Shown: positions 9,791-19,156, counted from the stretch's first letter. The stretch is DNA of 64,000 nucleotides from Phycisphaerae bacterium (GCA_041661865.1 JBAZTO010000004.1:614-64613), one strand, 5' to 3'. Translations and numbers: made by a program. Notes: generated from the letters alone by a model not told the origin.

Positions 9791-9977
9791 TGCCACATCC
9801 AAGCGAGGCAACGCGCAAGTTGGGGGTGTTCATCTTCGCCCCAAGCACACAACGCTTCTTGGGACGCCCAATCGAACATTTGCCCAGGCCACCTGCCGCC
9901 GTGCTGGCCGTGCATAACGACGGACCGGTTCTGGGCATGGAACTGCCATAGATACTGAACAAGAGGGGTGCAAAATC

Positions 9978-11168
9978 GTGAGATCAGAGAATGTAACGAT
10001 ATGGAAGAGAATACAGATCACCCTTCCTCACGCTTTTTGCATCGTGGTTCTGACGGCTACTGTCTTGCCCGCGCTTCATACTGTCGCCGGTTGGCTGCCC
10101 CAAGGTGTAGATGAAGACGGCGATAGAATTGATCCTTCCGTTGCCGTGGCCTTCTTTTCGCTGATTTTTTCGGTTTTGGTCTATTGGTGGCTGATTAGTC
10201 GGCTGCGAAAAGACGCAAAGCAAATTCGCGACCTGCGAACAGCCATTCAAATTGTGGCGTGCGACCAGCATGTCGATTGGCAGTCAGTGCCAGACCTCGA
10301 CACTTACCGCGAATCCCGAAATTTGCCGTTGGCAATGGCACTCGAAACGGCTGGAATCATACGGCCCAAACTCGAACTCGACGAACGCGAACGAGTGATC
10401 GCGTCTTGGCGTGCTCAACTCGATGAACCAGATCACGTGCGGGCTGTCAAAGAGGCACTCGAACACGGTCCATACAGCGGCATGTACTGGTCCTTCCAGA
10501 TTGTCAGCAGCGAATTCCGTAAGCTCATTCATCGTGAAACGCGGGAGCGATTTCCAAGAGAGTGCTACTTTGCAGAGCTTCACATTCTAATAGCGTACCG
10601 CGCAAGCGTGTTCCGGAAAGTGGCGTTTGCTGAAATGGCCAAAGATGTCGGGAATCCTTGTCTTGCGACCTTGATACATGCCATTGCCGAAATGGTGGAC
10701 AAGCCAGGCAATCCAAAGGAGATTGAAGAATCGACGCGTCGCGAACTCAATGAAGCCTTTGCCAGAGAAATAGAGCTTGAGTTACTCGAAGACGAAATCA
10801 AGAACTACGTGAAACTCCACCTAGAAGAAGCTGTGGTTCGCTGGCTAGCGAGATACAAGGATGATGCGGGTACGGTGGCCATATTCGACCGTTGGAAGCG
10901 ACTTCGCGACGGAGTTTCCAAGATGGCCGAATACCTTGGGCAAGCTAGGGGTTTCGCCACCGAAAGGCACGACATGGAGATGAACCTAAAGATTGACCGA
11001 TACGAATGGCTCAAGAATATGCAGGTTGGCAATGGAGCCAGACCTCGGAGTATCACCTGGGAGATGTACGAGGCGGCTAATAGGGGACTTGCCGCCTTCG
11101 CCAAGAGCGAGGCTGCTTTACCGGTCGACGAACCGAACAAGCCGACGTTGCCGCAAGAGCAGGATTAG
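9978..11168 (+). CDS. hypothetical membrane-anchored protein (low-GC cargo gene downstream of lexA)
   Basis: GTG start with AAGAGGGG SD; two N-terminal TM helices then about 300-aa soluble acidic/helical domain; GC clearly lower than neighbours; no recognisable family. Confidence 0.6.
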   Translation: MRSENVTIWKRIQITLPHAFCIVVLTATVLPALHTVAGWLPQGVDEDGDRIDPSVAVAFFSLIFSVLVYWWLISRLRKDAKQIRDLRTAIQIVACDQHVDWQSVPDLDTYRESRNLPLAMALETAGIIRPKLELDERERVIASWRAQLDEPDHVRAVKEALEHGPYSGMYWSFQIVSSEFRKLIHRETRERFPRECYFAELHILIAYRASVFRKVAFAEMAKDVGNPCLATLIHAIAEMVDKPGNPKEIEESTRRELNEAFAREIELELLEDEIKNYVKLHLEEAVVRWLARYKDDAGTVAIFDRWKRLRDGVSKMAEYLGQARGFATERHDMEMNLKIDRYEWLKNMQVGNGARPRSITWEMYEAANRGLAAFAKSEAALPVDEPNKPTLPQEQD

Positions 11169-11169
11169 T

Positions 11170-11420
11170 CCGTTTGCGGAAGGGCATGTTGATCGTGATG
11201 CCGTGGGCGGGTGCCGTGGTCGCGGCGTTTGCGACCACGAGCAGAAACGACGATACCCGCTCGCTTCGCGCTCGCGGCTAGTGCGCCAAGGCGCGGGCCT
11301 TGGTGCCTGCCTGCCGGTAGGCAGGTTGCGCGCCCTACATTCCGCTTAGTTCGTCCCCGCTGTCTTGGTCATTTGTGCTTCGTCATTGATTTGTCATTCG
11401 AGTTTCGTCATTCGTCATTC
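11170..11420. repeat. mosaic cluster of REP-like modules (BIME-like)
   Basis: Contains GGGTGCCGTGGTCGCGGCGTTTGCGACCACG (11210-11240, identical 31-mer at 56963), right half of CTAGCCGCGAGCGC element (11265-11295), CTGCCKGTAGGCAGGTTGCRCGCCCT module (11315-11345, also at 36519-36547) and inverted GAATGACGAA arm (11368-11420). Confidence 0.7.
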
Positions 11421-12277
11421 AAGACGGCGAGTCTTTCCGCCGTACGTTCGATCATCGTCACGCTGACGCGGGGGTGGCCCAGTTGGACGGCGGGCTTGCC
11501 CAGGCCGTGGAAGTCCGAGCCGCCGCTGGGCAGCAGGTTCAGCTTTGTCGCCAGCTCCAGGCACAGCCGCGTCTGCTGCGGCGAGTGATCGGGATGGTAC
11601 ACCTCGATGCCGTCCAGGCCCGCATGGGCCAGATCCCGCAGGACTCGCTCCAGTTGGAGGCGGTTGGCGCAGCGCAGTTGCGAGGGGTGGGCCAGCATCG
11701 CGATCCCGCCGCCGCCGTGAATGGCGTCGATCACCTGTCTCGGCCGCCAGCGATCCTTGGGCACAGCCGCCGGCCCGCCGTCGCCGAGGTAACGGTCGAA
11801 GGCCTCGGCAGGGCAGCGGACATGCCCCTTGGCCGCCAGGGTCTGGGCGATGTGCAGGCGTCCCAGGATTCGTTGGTCGCCGCCGCCGGCCTGGGCCAGC
11901 ACGTCGGCCAGGTCGATCGCCAGTCCCAGCGCCTGGAGCTTGGCGATGATCCTGGGGTTTCGCCCAGCCCGCGCCGCCTGCATCTCCCGCGTCAAGGCCT
12001 GCAGGCTCGGGGCATTCTCATCGATGCCCAAGCCAAGGATGTGCATGGTCCCGCCGGCAAAGGCGGCTGAGACCTCGATGCCGCTGACCAGGCGAAGCTG
12101 GGGAAACTCCGCCGCCGCCTGGCGCGCGGGGGCCAGTCCCTCGGTGGTGTCGTGGTCGGTCAGCGCGATAACGGCCAGCCCCGCGGCGTCGGCCTCGGCC
12201 AGCAGACGCTGGGGGCTGACCGAGCCGTCGGAGGCGGTGCTGTGGGTATGCAGATCGACCCAGCGACGGGCGCTCAT
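11408..12277 (-). CDS. PHP-domain metal-dependent phosphoesterase (TrpH/YciV-like)
   Basis: [12 protein letters not shown]-terminal PHP motif; start ATG overlaps cysK stop as ATGA (12274-12277); last codons and stop codon lie inside the GAATGACGAA repeat arm. Confidence 0.8.
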   Translation of the reverse strand: MSARRWVDLHTHSTASDGSVSPQRLLAEADAAGLAVIALTDHDTTEGLAPARQAAAEFPQLRLVSGIEVSAAFAGGTMHILGLGIDENAPSLQALTREMQAARAGRNPRIIAKLQALGLAIDLADVLAQAGGGDQRILGRLHIAQTLAAKGHVRCPAEAFDRYLGDGGPAAVPKDRWRPRQVIDAIHGGGGIAMLAHPSQLRCANRLQLERVLRDLAHAGLDGIEVYHPDHSPQQTRLCLELATKLNLLPSGGSDFHGLGKPAVQLGHPRVSVTMIERTAERLAVLNDE

Positions 12278-13218
12278 CGCAGGTGCTCGAACAATGGCGT
12301 GGACAGGTAGCGCTCGCCGAAACTGGGCACAATGACGACGATGCACTTGCCGGCGGACTCGGGGCGATGGGCGACCTGGTGGGCCGCGGCCAGGGCGGCG
12401 CCCGAAGAAATGCCGACGAACAGGCCCGCGTCCTTGCAGGCGCGGCGGGCCCAGTCGATGGCCTCATCCTGGTCGATCGCGACCACCTCGTCGATGGCCT
12501 GGAGGTTGAGAACCTTGGGCACGAAGCCGGCCCCGATGCCCTGGATCTTGTGGGGCCCGGGCGTGAGGGCCTGTCCCGCCAGCGTCTGGGTGAGCACGGG
12601 GCTTTGTTTGGGTTCCACGGCGACGGCCCTGAAGCCCGCCCGCCGCTGCCGGATCACCTCGCTGATGCCTGTGATGGTGCCCCCGGTCCCGACGGCGGAG
12701 ACGACGACGTCCACCTTGCCATCGGTTCCGGTCCATATTTCCTCAGCCGTGGTGCGGCGGTGAATCTCGGGGTTGGCGGGGTTCTCGAATTGCTGCGGCA
12801 CGAAGCTGTTGGGCACGACGGAGGCCAATTCCCGGGCCTTCTCGATGGCCCCGGCCATGCCGCTGGCTGCGGGGGTCAGCGAAACCTCGGCCCCCAGGGC
12901 GCGGAGCACCTTGCGCCGCTCGATGCTCATGGAGTCGGGCATGGTGACGATGCAGCGGTAGCCGCGCACGGCGCAGACGAAGGCCAGCGCGATGCCCGTG
13001 TTGCCGCTGGTGGGCTCGATAATGGTCGAGCCTTCCTTGATCGCTCCGCTCCGCTCGCCCGCATCGATCATCGCCAGGCCGATGCGGTCCTTCACCGAGG
13101 CCATGGGGTTGAGGCTTTCCATCTTGGCCAGCACGGTGGCCTTGGAGCCGATGAGCTTGTGGATGCGAACCAGCGGGGTGTTGCCGATGGTCTGCGAGAT
13201 ATCGTCGAAGATGGGCAT
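12274..13218 (-). CDS. cysK: cysteine synthase A (O-acetylserine sulfhydrylase)
   Basis: 314-aa; PLP lysine motif SVKDR, GNTG, GTGGT loops typical of CysK. Confidence 0.92.
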   Translation of the reverse strand: MPIFDDISQTIGNTPLVRIHKLIGSKATVLAKMESLNPMASVKDRIGLAMIDAGERSGAIKEGSTIIEPTSGNTGIALAFVCAVRGYRCIVTMPDSMSIERRKVLRALGAEVSLTPAASGMAGAIEKARELASVVPNSFVPQQFENPANPEIHRRTTAEEIWTGTDGKVDVVVSAVGTGGTITGISEVIRQRRAGFRAVAVEPKQSPVLTQTLAGQALTPGPHKIQGIGAGFVPKVLNLQAIDEVVAIDQDEAIDWARRACKDAGLFVGISSGAALAAAHQVAHRPESAGKCIVVIVPSFGERYLSTPLFEHLR

Positions 13219-13351
13219 GTCCGATCCTTTCGTGACCCCGCTCTTGAAGATCGACGCGACAGCCGATCCTGCCGGGGTCCGCTGCCAGGTAATGATACAC
13301 CGTCATCGACGGGCCGTCACCAGGCTCTGTCACTCTTCAACCGACGGATCG

Positions 13352-13422
13352 GGTGCCACTGCTGCGGTGTTTGCAGCAGTGTTGAAGCTATGCACGGCTG
13401 CACACGACGCAGCCGTGGCACC
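13352..13422. repeat. 71-bp structured repeat: GGTGCCAC - hairpin - hairpin - GTGGCACC
   Basis: ggtgccactgctgcggtgtttgcagcagtg...cggctgcacacgacgcagccgtggcacc; near-identical copy at 32419-32489 and architectural variant at 32640-32712. Confidence 0.65.
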
Positions 13423-13454
13423 AGGTCAGATCAAGAGAGGGTGGAAAGCTGGAG

Positions 13455-14114
13455 TTATCGAGGCACGGGCTGGTTGGCGCTTCGGAAGGGGGCGGCGGGT
13501 TTGGTGCGAGCCGGGAGGATGATTTTCTCGGTGGGGGCGAAGATGACGCCCTTGGCCTCCATCCGCCGGAAGGCCATCTCGATCTTCTCGCCCGGCAGCG
13601 CCAGGACCGCGTCAGAGGCCAGGATCACGCCGAAGCCGCGGCTGCGGAGCCCGACGGCTGCCTCCACGATGCCGTGTGCCAGGCCCGCGCCGCAGATCAC
13701 AAAGGTGCCGCCGCCCAGTTCGGTAATCATCCGCTCAGCCCGGCTGTGGGCGAAGATGTCGGTGACTCGCTTTTCAAAGATCACCTGGCGATATTGACTG
13801 AACAGATCCCTGGGCAGGTCCGTCACGTTCCGAAGGCCAAAGTCGATGTGACGCGGCAGGATCGTCCTAGCCAACCTGAGTTCGCCCCGCGTGCCCTCGA
13901 CACAGTGGGGCGTTGCGCCCAATGGCCCAGGCCGGTTGGGCTGCACGCGCAAGACAGTGCTCACCACCGGGATGTGACCGGCGCGCGACCAGGCAAAGAG
14001 TCGCCTGATCTGCCTGGCTATCGCGGGAGAGAGTTCGGGGGAGTAAAAACTCCCACCCGATTCAAAGAAGTCGCATTGAACTTCAACGTCCAACAGGATT
14101 CGCTCGTATACCAT
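13455..14114 (-). CDS. isochorismatase-family (cysteine) hydrolase
   Basis: N-terminal LLDVEVQCDFF (DxQxDF) motif, catalytic Cys region FVICGAGLAHG. Confidence 0.8.
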   Translation of the reverse strand: MVYERILLDVEVQCDFFESGGSFYSPELSPAIARQIRRLFAWSRAGHIPVVSTVLRVQPNRPGPLGATPHCVEGTRGELRLARTILPRHIDFGLRNVTDLPRDLFSQYRQVIFEKRVTDIFAHSRAERMITELGGGTFVICGAGLAHGIVEAAVGLRSRGFGVILASDAVLALPGEKIEMAFRRMEAKGVIFAPTEKIILPARTKPAAPFRSANQPVPR

Positions 14115-14263
14115 GCCGCGCCTTCCCTTACGGCGTTACTTGGGGGCCGCTACTTCATTCTATGCTACGAGCAGGGAGCGTCCTTGGATTGACCTGGCGC
14201 GAGGAAGAAACGCTAAAAAGTCATAAGGGTTTGTCAGAAAAGCAATTAGAGGCAAGGCCCGGT

Positions 14264-14485
14264 TCAGGCCAGGCAGCGGGTGACCAGCCAAAGCCCCACG
14301 CCGACCCCCAGAAGCCCCAGGAGGATGTAGCCGAACAGGGCCAGGATCTCCAGCGGCAGGCGCGAGAGGTTGGTGGTTCGAATGGTCTTATAGATGATGG
14401 CCAGCGACGCGCAGAGCGGAAGCAGCAACCAGAGGAGTTGCTGTGAGCCAAGGGGCATCGGGTGGTGGAAAAGTGTCGCCAGCAT
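14264..14485 (-). CDS. small membrane protein, hypothetical
   Basis: start at internal Met (MLATLF...), two TM helices; stop of upstream gene 3 nt away. Confidence 0.35.
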   Translation of the reverse strand: MLATLFHHPMPLGSQQLLWLLLPLCASLAIIYKTIRTTNLSRLPLEILALFGYILLGLLGVGVGLWLVTRCLA

Positions 14486-14487
14486 CG

Positions 14488-15009
14488 TTAGGGCTTCGTC
14501 TCCTTGGCGGCAGCAGGGCGGGGTTCGCCCCTCAGGCCCATCATGCCCAGCATCAGGGCGTCGAAGATGCACATCAGGTTCATCAGGCCCGCCACGCCGG
14601 CATAGGCCCGGGCGATGGTGTCGGTCGGGCTGACCAGGGCCAGGCCGGCCTGGTCATACTTCTGGTCCATGATGACTTGCTGGCCGAAGTCCAGCCCGCC
14701 CGGGTTGCTGAGGGGGATGTTGGCCTCGGCGGCCAGGCGGGAAGTGACCTTCTCCGACAGGCGCCAGGCGGCCAGGCCATGAACGCCCGTGAACATCTCG
14801 GCGATGTACCACCATCGCTCATTGCGGCTGTCGACGGTCATCACTCCGCCCATGGCCATGCCGGCCCAGAAGGTCGCGCCGATGGTCAGGAAAATGATGG
14901 CGGCGCGGACGGGCCGGCCGACGCAGAGATGCCCGGCCCCGGGAATCAGCCACGCCAACGCCATGGCCAGCAGCGCCACGAGTCGAAAGTGAGCGTTCTT
15001 TTTTGTCAT
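14488..15009 (-). CDS. membrane protein, hypothetical
   Basis: 173-aa ORF with 4 predicted TM helices; no motif recognised. Confidence 0.5.
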   Translation of the reverse strand: MTKKNAHFRLVALLAMALAWLIPGAGHLCVGRPVRAAIIFLTIGATFWAGMAMGGVMTVDSRNERWWYIAEMFTGVHGLAAWRLSEKVTSRLAAEANIPLSNPGGLDFGQQVIMDQKYDQAGLALVSPTDTIARAYAGVAGLMNLMCIFDALMLGMMGLRGEPRPAAAKETKP

Positions 15010-15085
15010 AGACTCTCGCGGCGAATCGCACGCGAAGGGGCAATTTCGCCGACATCGCGCGGACTGTCAAGCTTTATCGCCTTTT

Positions 15086-15128
15086 GGTGGCACAGGCGCC
15101 TCGGGTAGCACAGGCGTCTCGCCTGTGC
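15086..15128. repeat. CACAGGCG-nGA-CGCCTGTG palindromic REP (two adjacent copies) upstream of prfB
   Basis: ggtggcacaggcgcctcgg + gtagcacaggcgtctcgcctgtgc; same palindrome at 19131-19156, 62947-62972 and in the 63018-63158 tandem. Confidence 0.6.
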
Positions 15129-15209
15129 ATGGGCCGGCGCTCCATTCGTCCGCCGGGCCTTGCTTTGGTCGCACGGATAGTGTTACGATGGCCGGCCAGG
15201 AGACGTCTA

Positions 15210-16335
15210 ATGCCACAAGAGCTTAATCTCAAGGATACCATCGAAGCCCTTCGCACCCGGATTCACGCCATCCGGGACTCTCTTTGACGTCCCTGCACGC
15301 CAGCAGAAAATCTCCGAACTTGAGCTGAAGATGGCCGTCCCGGGCTTCTGGAACAACAACGAAGCCGCCCAGCCGATCATCGGCGAGCTCAAGGCCCTCA
15401 AGGCCATCGTCGTTCCCATGGGCGAGCTGATCCGGCGGATCGACGACCTGGAGGCTCTCCACGGCCTGGCCGTCGAGGAAAACAGCGACGAGACGATCGC
15501 CGAGGCCGCCGCCGAGGCTGAGAGCATCCGCGCCGACGTGGAGCAACTGGAACTCCGCACGCTGCTGTCGGGGACTCACGACGCGGGCAACGCCTATTTC
15601 TCCATCCATGCCGGGGCCGGCGGCACCGAGAGCTGCGACTGGGCCCAGATGCTCCTGCGGATGTACGTGCGCTACTTTGAACGCGCCGGCTACAACGTCG
15701 AGGAAATCGACCGCCTCGACGGCGAGGAGGCCGGCATCCGCTCGGTGTCGCTGCGGGTCCGCGGGCCCTACGCCTACGGCTATCTCGCCTGCGAGCGCGG
15801 CGTGCACCGCCTGGTGCGGATCAGCCCGTATGATTCGCAAAGCCGCCGGCATACCAGCTTCGCCTCCGTCGACGTGCTGCCGGAGCTGGAGGAAGTGGAG
15901 ATCGACATCGACTTCGCCAAGGACGTTCGCGAGGATGTCTTCCGTGCCAGCGGCGCCGGCGGCCAGCACGTCAACAAGACCTCCTCCGCCGTCCGGCTGA
16001 CGCACCTTCCCACCGGCATGGTTGTCCAGTGCCAGAACGAGCGCAGCCAGCACAAGAACCGCGCCGAGTGCCACAAGCTCCTGGCGGCCAAGCTCTACCA
16101 GCTCGAACAGTCCAAGCGCGACGCCGAACTGGCCAAGATGTACGGCAACAAGGGCGAGATCGCCTTCGGCTACCAGATCCGCTCCTACGTGCTGTATCCC
16201 TACCAGTTGGTTCGCGACGAACGCACCGAACTCAAGAGTTCCCACACCGACAACGTGCTCGACGGCGAAATCCAGCCGTTCATCGATTCCTACCTGCGCT
16301 TCCGCGCAGCCCAGGAACGCGCGGCGAAGACCTAA
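15210..16335 (+). CDS. prfB: peptide chain release factor 2, translated via programmed +1 frameshift (join 15210..15284,15286..16335)
   Basis: ORF0 MPQELNLKDTIEALRTRIHAIRDSL ends at in-frame TGA within CTT TGA C; +1 frame continues DVPARQQKISELELKMAVPGFWNN...; SPF and GGQ motifs present; SD AGGAGA before ATG 15210. Confidence 0.93.
15279..15288 (+). other. prfB: prfB programmed +1 ribosomal frameshift site (CTT TGA C)
   Basis: tct CTT TGA Cgt; UGA at 15285-15287, shift onto GAC 15286-15288. Confidence 0.9.
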
Positions 16336-16351
16336 CAGGTATCTCGACGCA

Positions 16352-16429
16352 CTAGCCGCGAGCGCAAAGCGAGCGGACTATTTCCTCTTCTGAACCGACA
16401 ATCCCCGCTCGCTTTGCGCTCGCGGCTAG
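16352..16429. repeat. 78-bp inverted-repeat element CTAGCCGCGAGCGCAAAGCGAGCGG - loop - CCGCTCGCTTTGCGCTCGCGGCTAG, 17 nt after prfB stop
   Basis: perfect 25-bp arms, loop ACTATTTCCTCTTCTGAACCGACAATCC; second full copy 21712-21779 after trpB; partial copies at 11265-11295 and 62836-62862. Confidence 0.7.
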
Positions 16430-16545
16430 TGCGTCAATGGCGGGCGATGCGGTGTGCGCGATCAAGAACCAGCGAGCCGTCTGAGGGGCTTGGGATCGCA
16501 TTGATGCGTTGACCCTGTCGGAATGTGCGGTTAAGCTGGCCGGCC

Positions 16546-17412
16546 ATGGCGAAGACAGGAGTTTCATTCAGGCATATCACGATCGTCGGCGTGGGGCTGC
16601 TGGGCGGCTCAGCCGGGCTGGCCCTCAAGCGCGCCTGGCCGGGCGCAGTCGTCGCCGGCGTGGGGCGCTCGCAGGCCAATCTCGACCAGGCCCTCAAGAT
16701 GGGCGCGATCGACGCCGCCTATTCCGATGTGGCTGAGCCGGCCGGCCAAAGCGATCTGATTATCCTCGCCACGCCCGTCTGCTCGTTCGCCCAACACATT
16801 GCCGCCATTGCGCCGGTGCTGCGGCGCGGCGTGCTGGTGACGGATGTCGGCTCGACCAAGGCCGCCGTCGTCCGCCAGGCCCAGCGGATCCTGACGCGCG
16901 GCGGGCCCTTCGTGGGCAGCCACCCGATGGCCGGCAGCGAACGCAAAGGCGCCGCCCACGCCCAGGTGGACCTGTTTGAAGGGGCCACCTGCATCCTGAC
17001 GCCCACGCCGTCCACCCCGCCGGCACTGCTGGCCAGGACGCGCGGGCTCTGGCAGAGCCTGGGCATGAGAACCGTCGAAATGTCGCCGGCTGCCCATGAT
17101 CGCGCCGTGGCGGCGGTTTCGCACCTGCCGCACGTGCTGGCCGCGATGCTGATGCTGCTGCCGCGCGAGGCTGAACTACAGGTCAGTGCCCGCGGCTTTG
17201 CGGACATGACGCGGCTGGCCGGCGGGGACGTGGAAATGTGGCGGGACATCCTGCTGACCAACCGCTCAGCCATCCTCGGCCGCATCGACGACTTCGACGA
17301 GCGGCTGATGCTCCTCCGCGACCTGGTGGAACTGGGCGACGCCGGGCAGATCACTCGCTTCCTCCGGGCGGCCAAGAAACGCCGTGACGGGCTGAAGAAC
17401 AACAGGTCGTAG
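16546..17412 (+). CDS. tyrA: prephenate dehydrogenase
   Basis: Rossmann motif IVGVGLLGGS, conserved SHPMAG and HD(R/H)AVAAVSHLPH motifs of TyrA. Confidence 0.85.
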   Translation: MAKTGVSFRHITIVGVGLLGGSAGLALKRAWPGAVVAGVGRSQANLDQALKMGAIDAAYSDVAEPAGQSDLIILATPVCSFAQHIAAIAPVLRRGVLVTDVGSTKAAVVRQAQRILTRGGPFVGSHPMAGSERKGAAHAQVDLFEGATCILTPTPSTPPALLARTRGLWQSLGMRTVEMSPAAHDRAVAAVSHLPHVLAAMLMLLPREAELQVSARGFADMTRLAGGDVEMWRDILLTNRSAILGRIDDFDERLMLLRDLVELGDAGQITRFLRAAKKRRDGLKNNRS

Positions 17413-17444
17413 TTCGCAGGGGAAGAGACCGGAATACCGAATTT

Positions 17445-17474
17445 GTAGGGCGTGCAACTTGTTGCACGCGGAAT
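17445..17474. repeat. GCGTGCAAC-TT-GTTGCACGC palindromic REP
   Basis: gtagggcgtgcaacttgttgcacgcggaat; copies at 35286-35313, 36487-36512 (inverted), variant 19086-19112. Confidence 0.6.
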
Positions 17475-17603
17475 ATTGGGACGTTATCGTTTGGGGCGCG
17501 ACCAGCCATCGGCGGAACTGCATTGGAGAGATGTTCTTCTTCGCGCGGGTGGCGCAGGGCGGCAAACGGAGCCCAGGCCGGCAACGCCTATCGGAAACGT
17601 GAA

Positions 17604-19052
17604 ATGGATACTCCAAACGAGGACGCCAAACTGAACGCCTCCCCCAACGGTCCCGCTTCCAATGCGGGGTTCCTCGAAAAACGCTTTGCCATACGAGCGC
17701 GAGGCAGCACGGTAGGTCGCGAGGTTGTCGGCGGCCTGGCCACATTCCTGACGCTCTCGTACATCCTGTTCGTCCAGCCGGCGGTGATGGGGGCGGCTGC
17801 GCGGGACGAAACCCCGGCCTTTCATGCCTCGGTCCTGACGGCCGTCTGTTTGGCCAGCGCCCTGGCGTGCCTGTTGATGGGCCTTCTGGCGAACTTTCCG
17901 GTGGCGCTGGCCCCGGCCATGGGGCACAATTTTTTCTTCGCCTATATCGTCTGCCTGGGCATGGGCTTCACGTGGCAGCAGGCGCTGACAGCCAACCTTA
18001 TCGCGGGCGTCATGTTCCTGGCCCTGAGCCTGCTGGGCCGGCTGTCCTCGCGGCTGGACGTGCGGACGTTGCTGTTCTACGCAATTCCCGCGAGCCTGCG
18101 GAACGCCATCGGCGTGGGCATCGGCCTGCTGATTGCCGTGGTCGGCCTGAAGTACGCGGGCGTCGTGCTCGCCGCGCCGGGGGTGGGGCTGGCGCTGGGG
18201 ATCGGCAAGGTTCCCTGGACGCCGGTGATCGTGACGGCCGTTGGCCTGGCGGTCTTCGGAGTGCTCTGGGCCCGCAAGATCATGGGCGCCCCGCTGTGGG
18301 CGATCCTGGCTTCGGCCCTGACCGGTGCGGCGCTGGGCATCGTGCGAATGCCCGAGCAGGTGACGGCGGCGCCGACGCTCTGGGCCACCGCGTTCCATCT
18401 CGATTTTTCCGGACTGTTTCAGCTCAAGGCCGAGGCGGTGTTGGTCGTGATCGCCACGTTCCTGTTCCTGGTTGTTTTCGACACGGTAGGGACACTGGCG
18501 GCTGTCTGCCAGCGGGCCCACCTGGTCTCGCCGGACGGCAAGATCGACAAGGGCATCGTCCCGGCCTTCATCGCCGACGCCGGCGGCACGGTGGCCGGGG
18601 CCCTGTTGGGAACCTCCACGATCACAAGCTATGTCGAGAGTCTCTCGGGCATCCAGGCCGGCGCGCGGACCGGGCTGGCGGCCGTCGTTGTGGCGGGCCT
18701 GTTCGTGCTGGCGGTCTTCTTCTCGCCGCTCTTTGCCGTGGTGGCGGCGCCCTACATGCTGCCGGGCGAAGCGGCCCCGGTCTATCCATGCCTGGCCGCG
18801 GTGCTGATCGGGATCGGGGCCCTGATGATGTCGGTGGTCAGGCAAATCGAATGGGACGATGCGACGGAGGCGCTGCCGGCCTTCCTATGCATGATTATGA
18901 TGCCCCTGACGCTGTCCATCACGGACGGCATCGCGGTTGGCTTCATCTCCCACGTGGTGCTGAAGGTTCTCTCGGGCCGATGGCGCGAGGTGCATCTGTT
19001 CATCGCGGTCTGCGCGGTGCTGCTGGCGGCGCGATACGTGTATCTGATGTGA
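17604..19052 (+). CDS. NCS2-family nucleobase (purine) permease, AzgA-like
   Basis: about 12 TM segments; N-terminal FLEKRF...GLATFLTLSYILFVQP typical of adenine/guanine/hypoxanthine permeases. Confidence 0.85.
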   Translation: MDTPNEDAKLNASPNGPASNAGFLEKRFAIRARGSTVGREVVGGLATFLTLSYILFVQPAVMGAAARDETPAFHASVLTAVCLASALACLLMGLLANFPVALAPAMGHNFFFAYIVCLGMGFTWQQALTANLIAGVMFLALSLLGRLSSRLDVRTLLFYAIPASLRNAIGVGIGLLIAVVGLKYAGVVLAAPGVGLALGIGKVPWTPVIVTAVGLAVFGVLWARKIMGAPLWAILASALTGAALGIVRMPEQVTAAPTLWATAFHLDFSGLFQLKAEAVLVVIATFLFLVVFDTVGTLAAVCQRAHLVSPDGKIDKGIVPAFIADAGGTVAGALLGTSTITSYVESLSGIQAGARTGLAAVVVAGLFVLAVFFSPLFAVVAAPYMLPGEAAPVYPCLAAVLIGIGALMMSVVRQIEWDDATEALPAFLCMIMMPLTLSITDGIAVGFISHVVLKVLSGRWREVHLFIAVCAVLLAARYVYLM

Positions 19053-19085
19053 GGCGTGGCAGCGGTGCGTGCGACAATAAGTCAG

Positions 19086-19156
19086 TAGGGCGTGCTTACC
19101 AGCACGCGGAATGCGGTTGTGCCAGGACAGCCACAGGCGGGACGCCTGTGGTACCC
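19086..19156. repeat. two REP palindromes (GCGTGC-TTACCA-GCACGC variant and CCACAGGCG-GGA-CGCCTGTGG)
   Basis: tagggcgtgcttaccagcacgcggaat ... ccacaggcgggacgcctgtggtaccc between convergent permease and NRDE genes. Confidence 0.6.

Noticed and set aside
12277-12346. Longer N-terminus of the PHP phosphoesterase (ORF start at 12346)
   Set aside because: The PHP domain begins at DLHTHS. Met24 gives an ATGA overlap with the cysK stop, typical of translational coupling. The upstream extension overlaps cysK coding sequence.
13415-13450. SRP RNA-like CCAGGTCAG motif
   Set aside because: Only a short chance match. It lacks the GGAAGGAAGCAGC domain IV continuation and flanking helices.
17413-17603. 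Purine riboswitch upstream of the NCS2 purine permease
   Set aside because: The conserved guanine/adenine riboswitch blocks (AUAUGG..., GUUUCUACC, CCGUAAAU) are absent. The region is instead occupied by a GCGTGCAAC palindromic REP.
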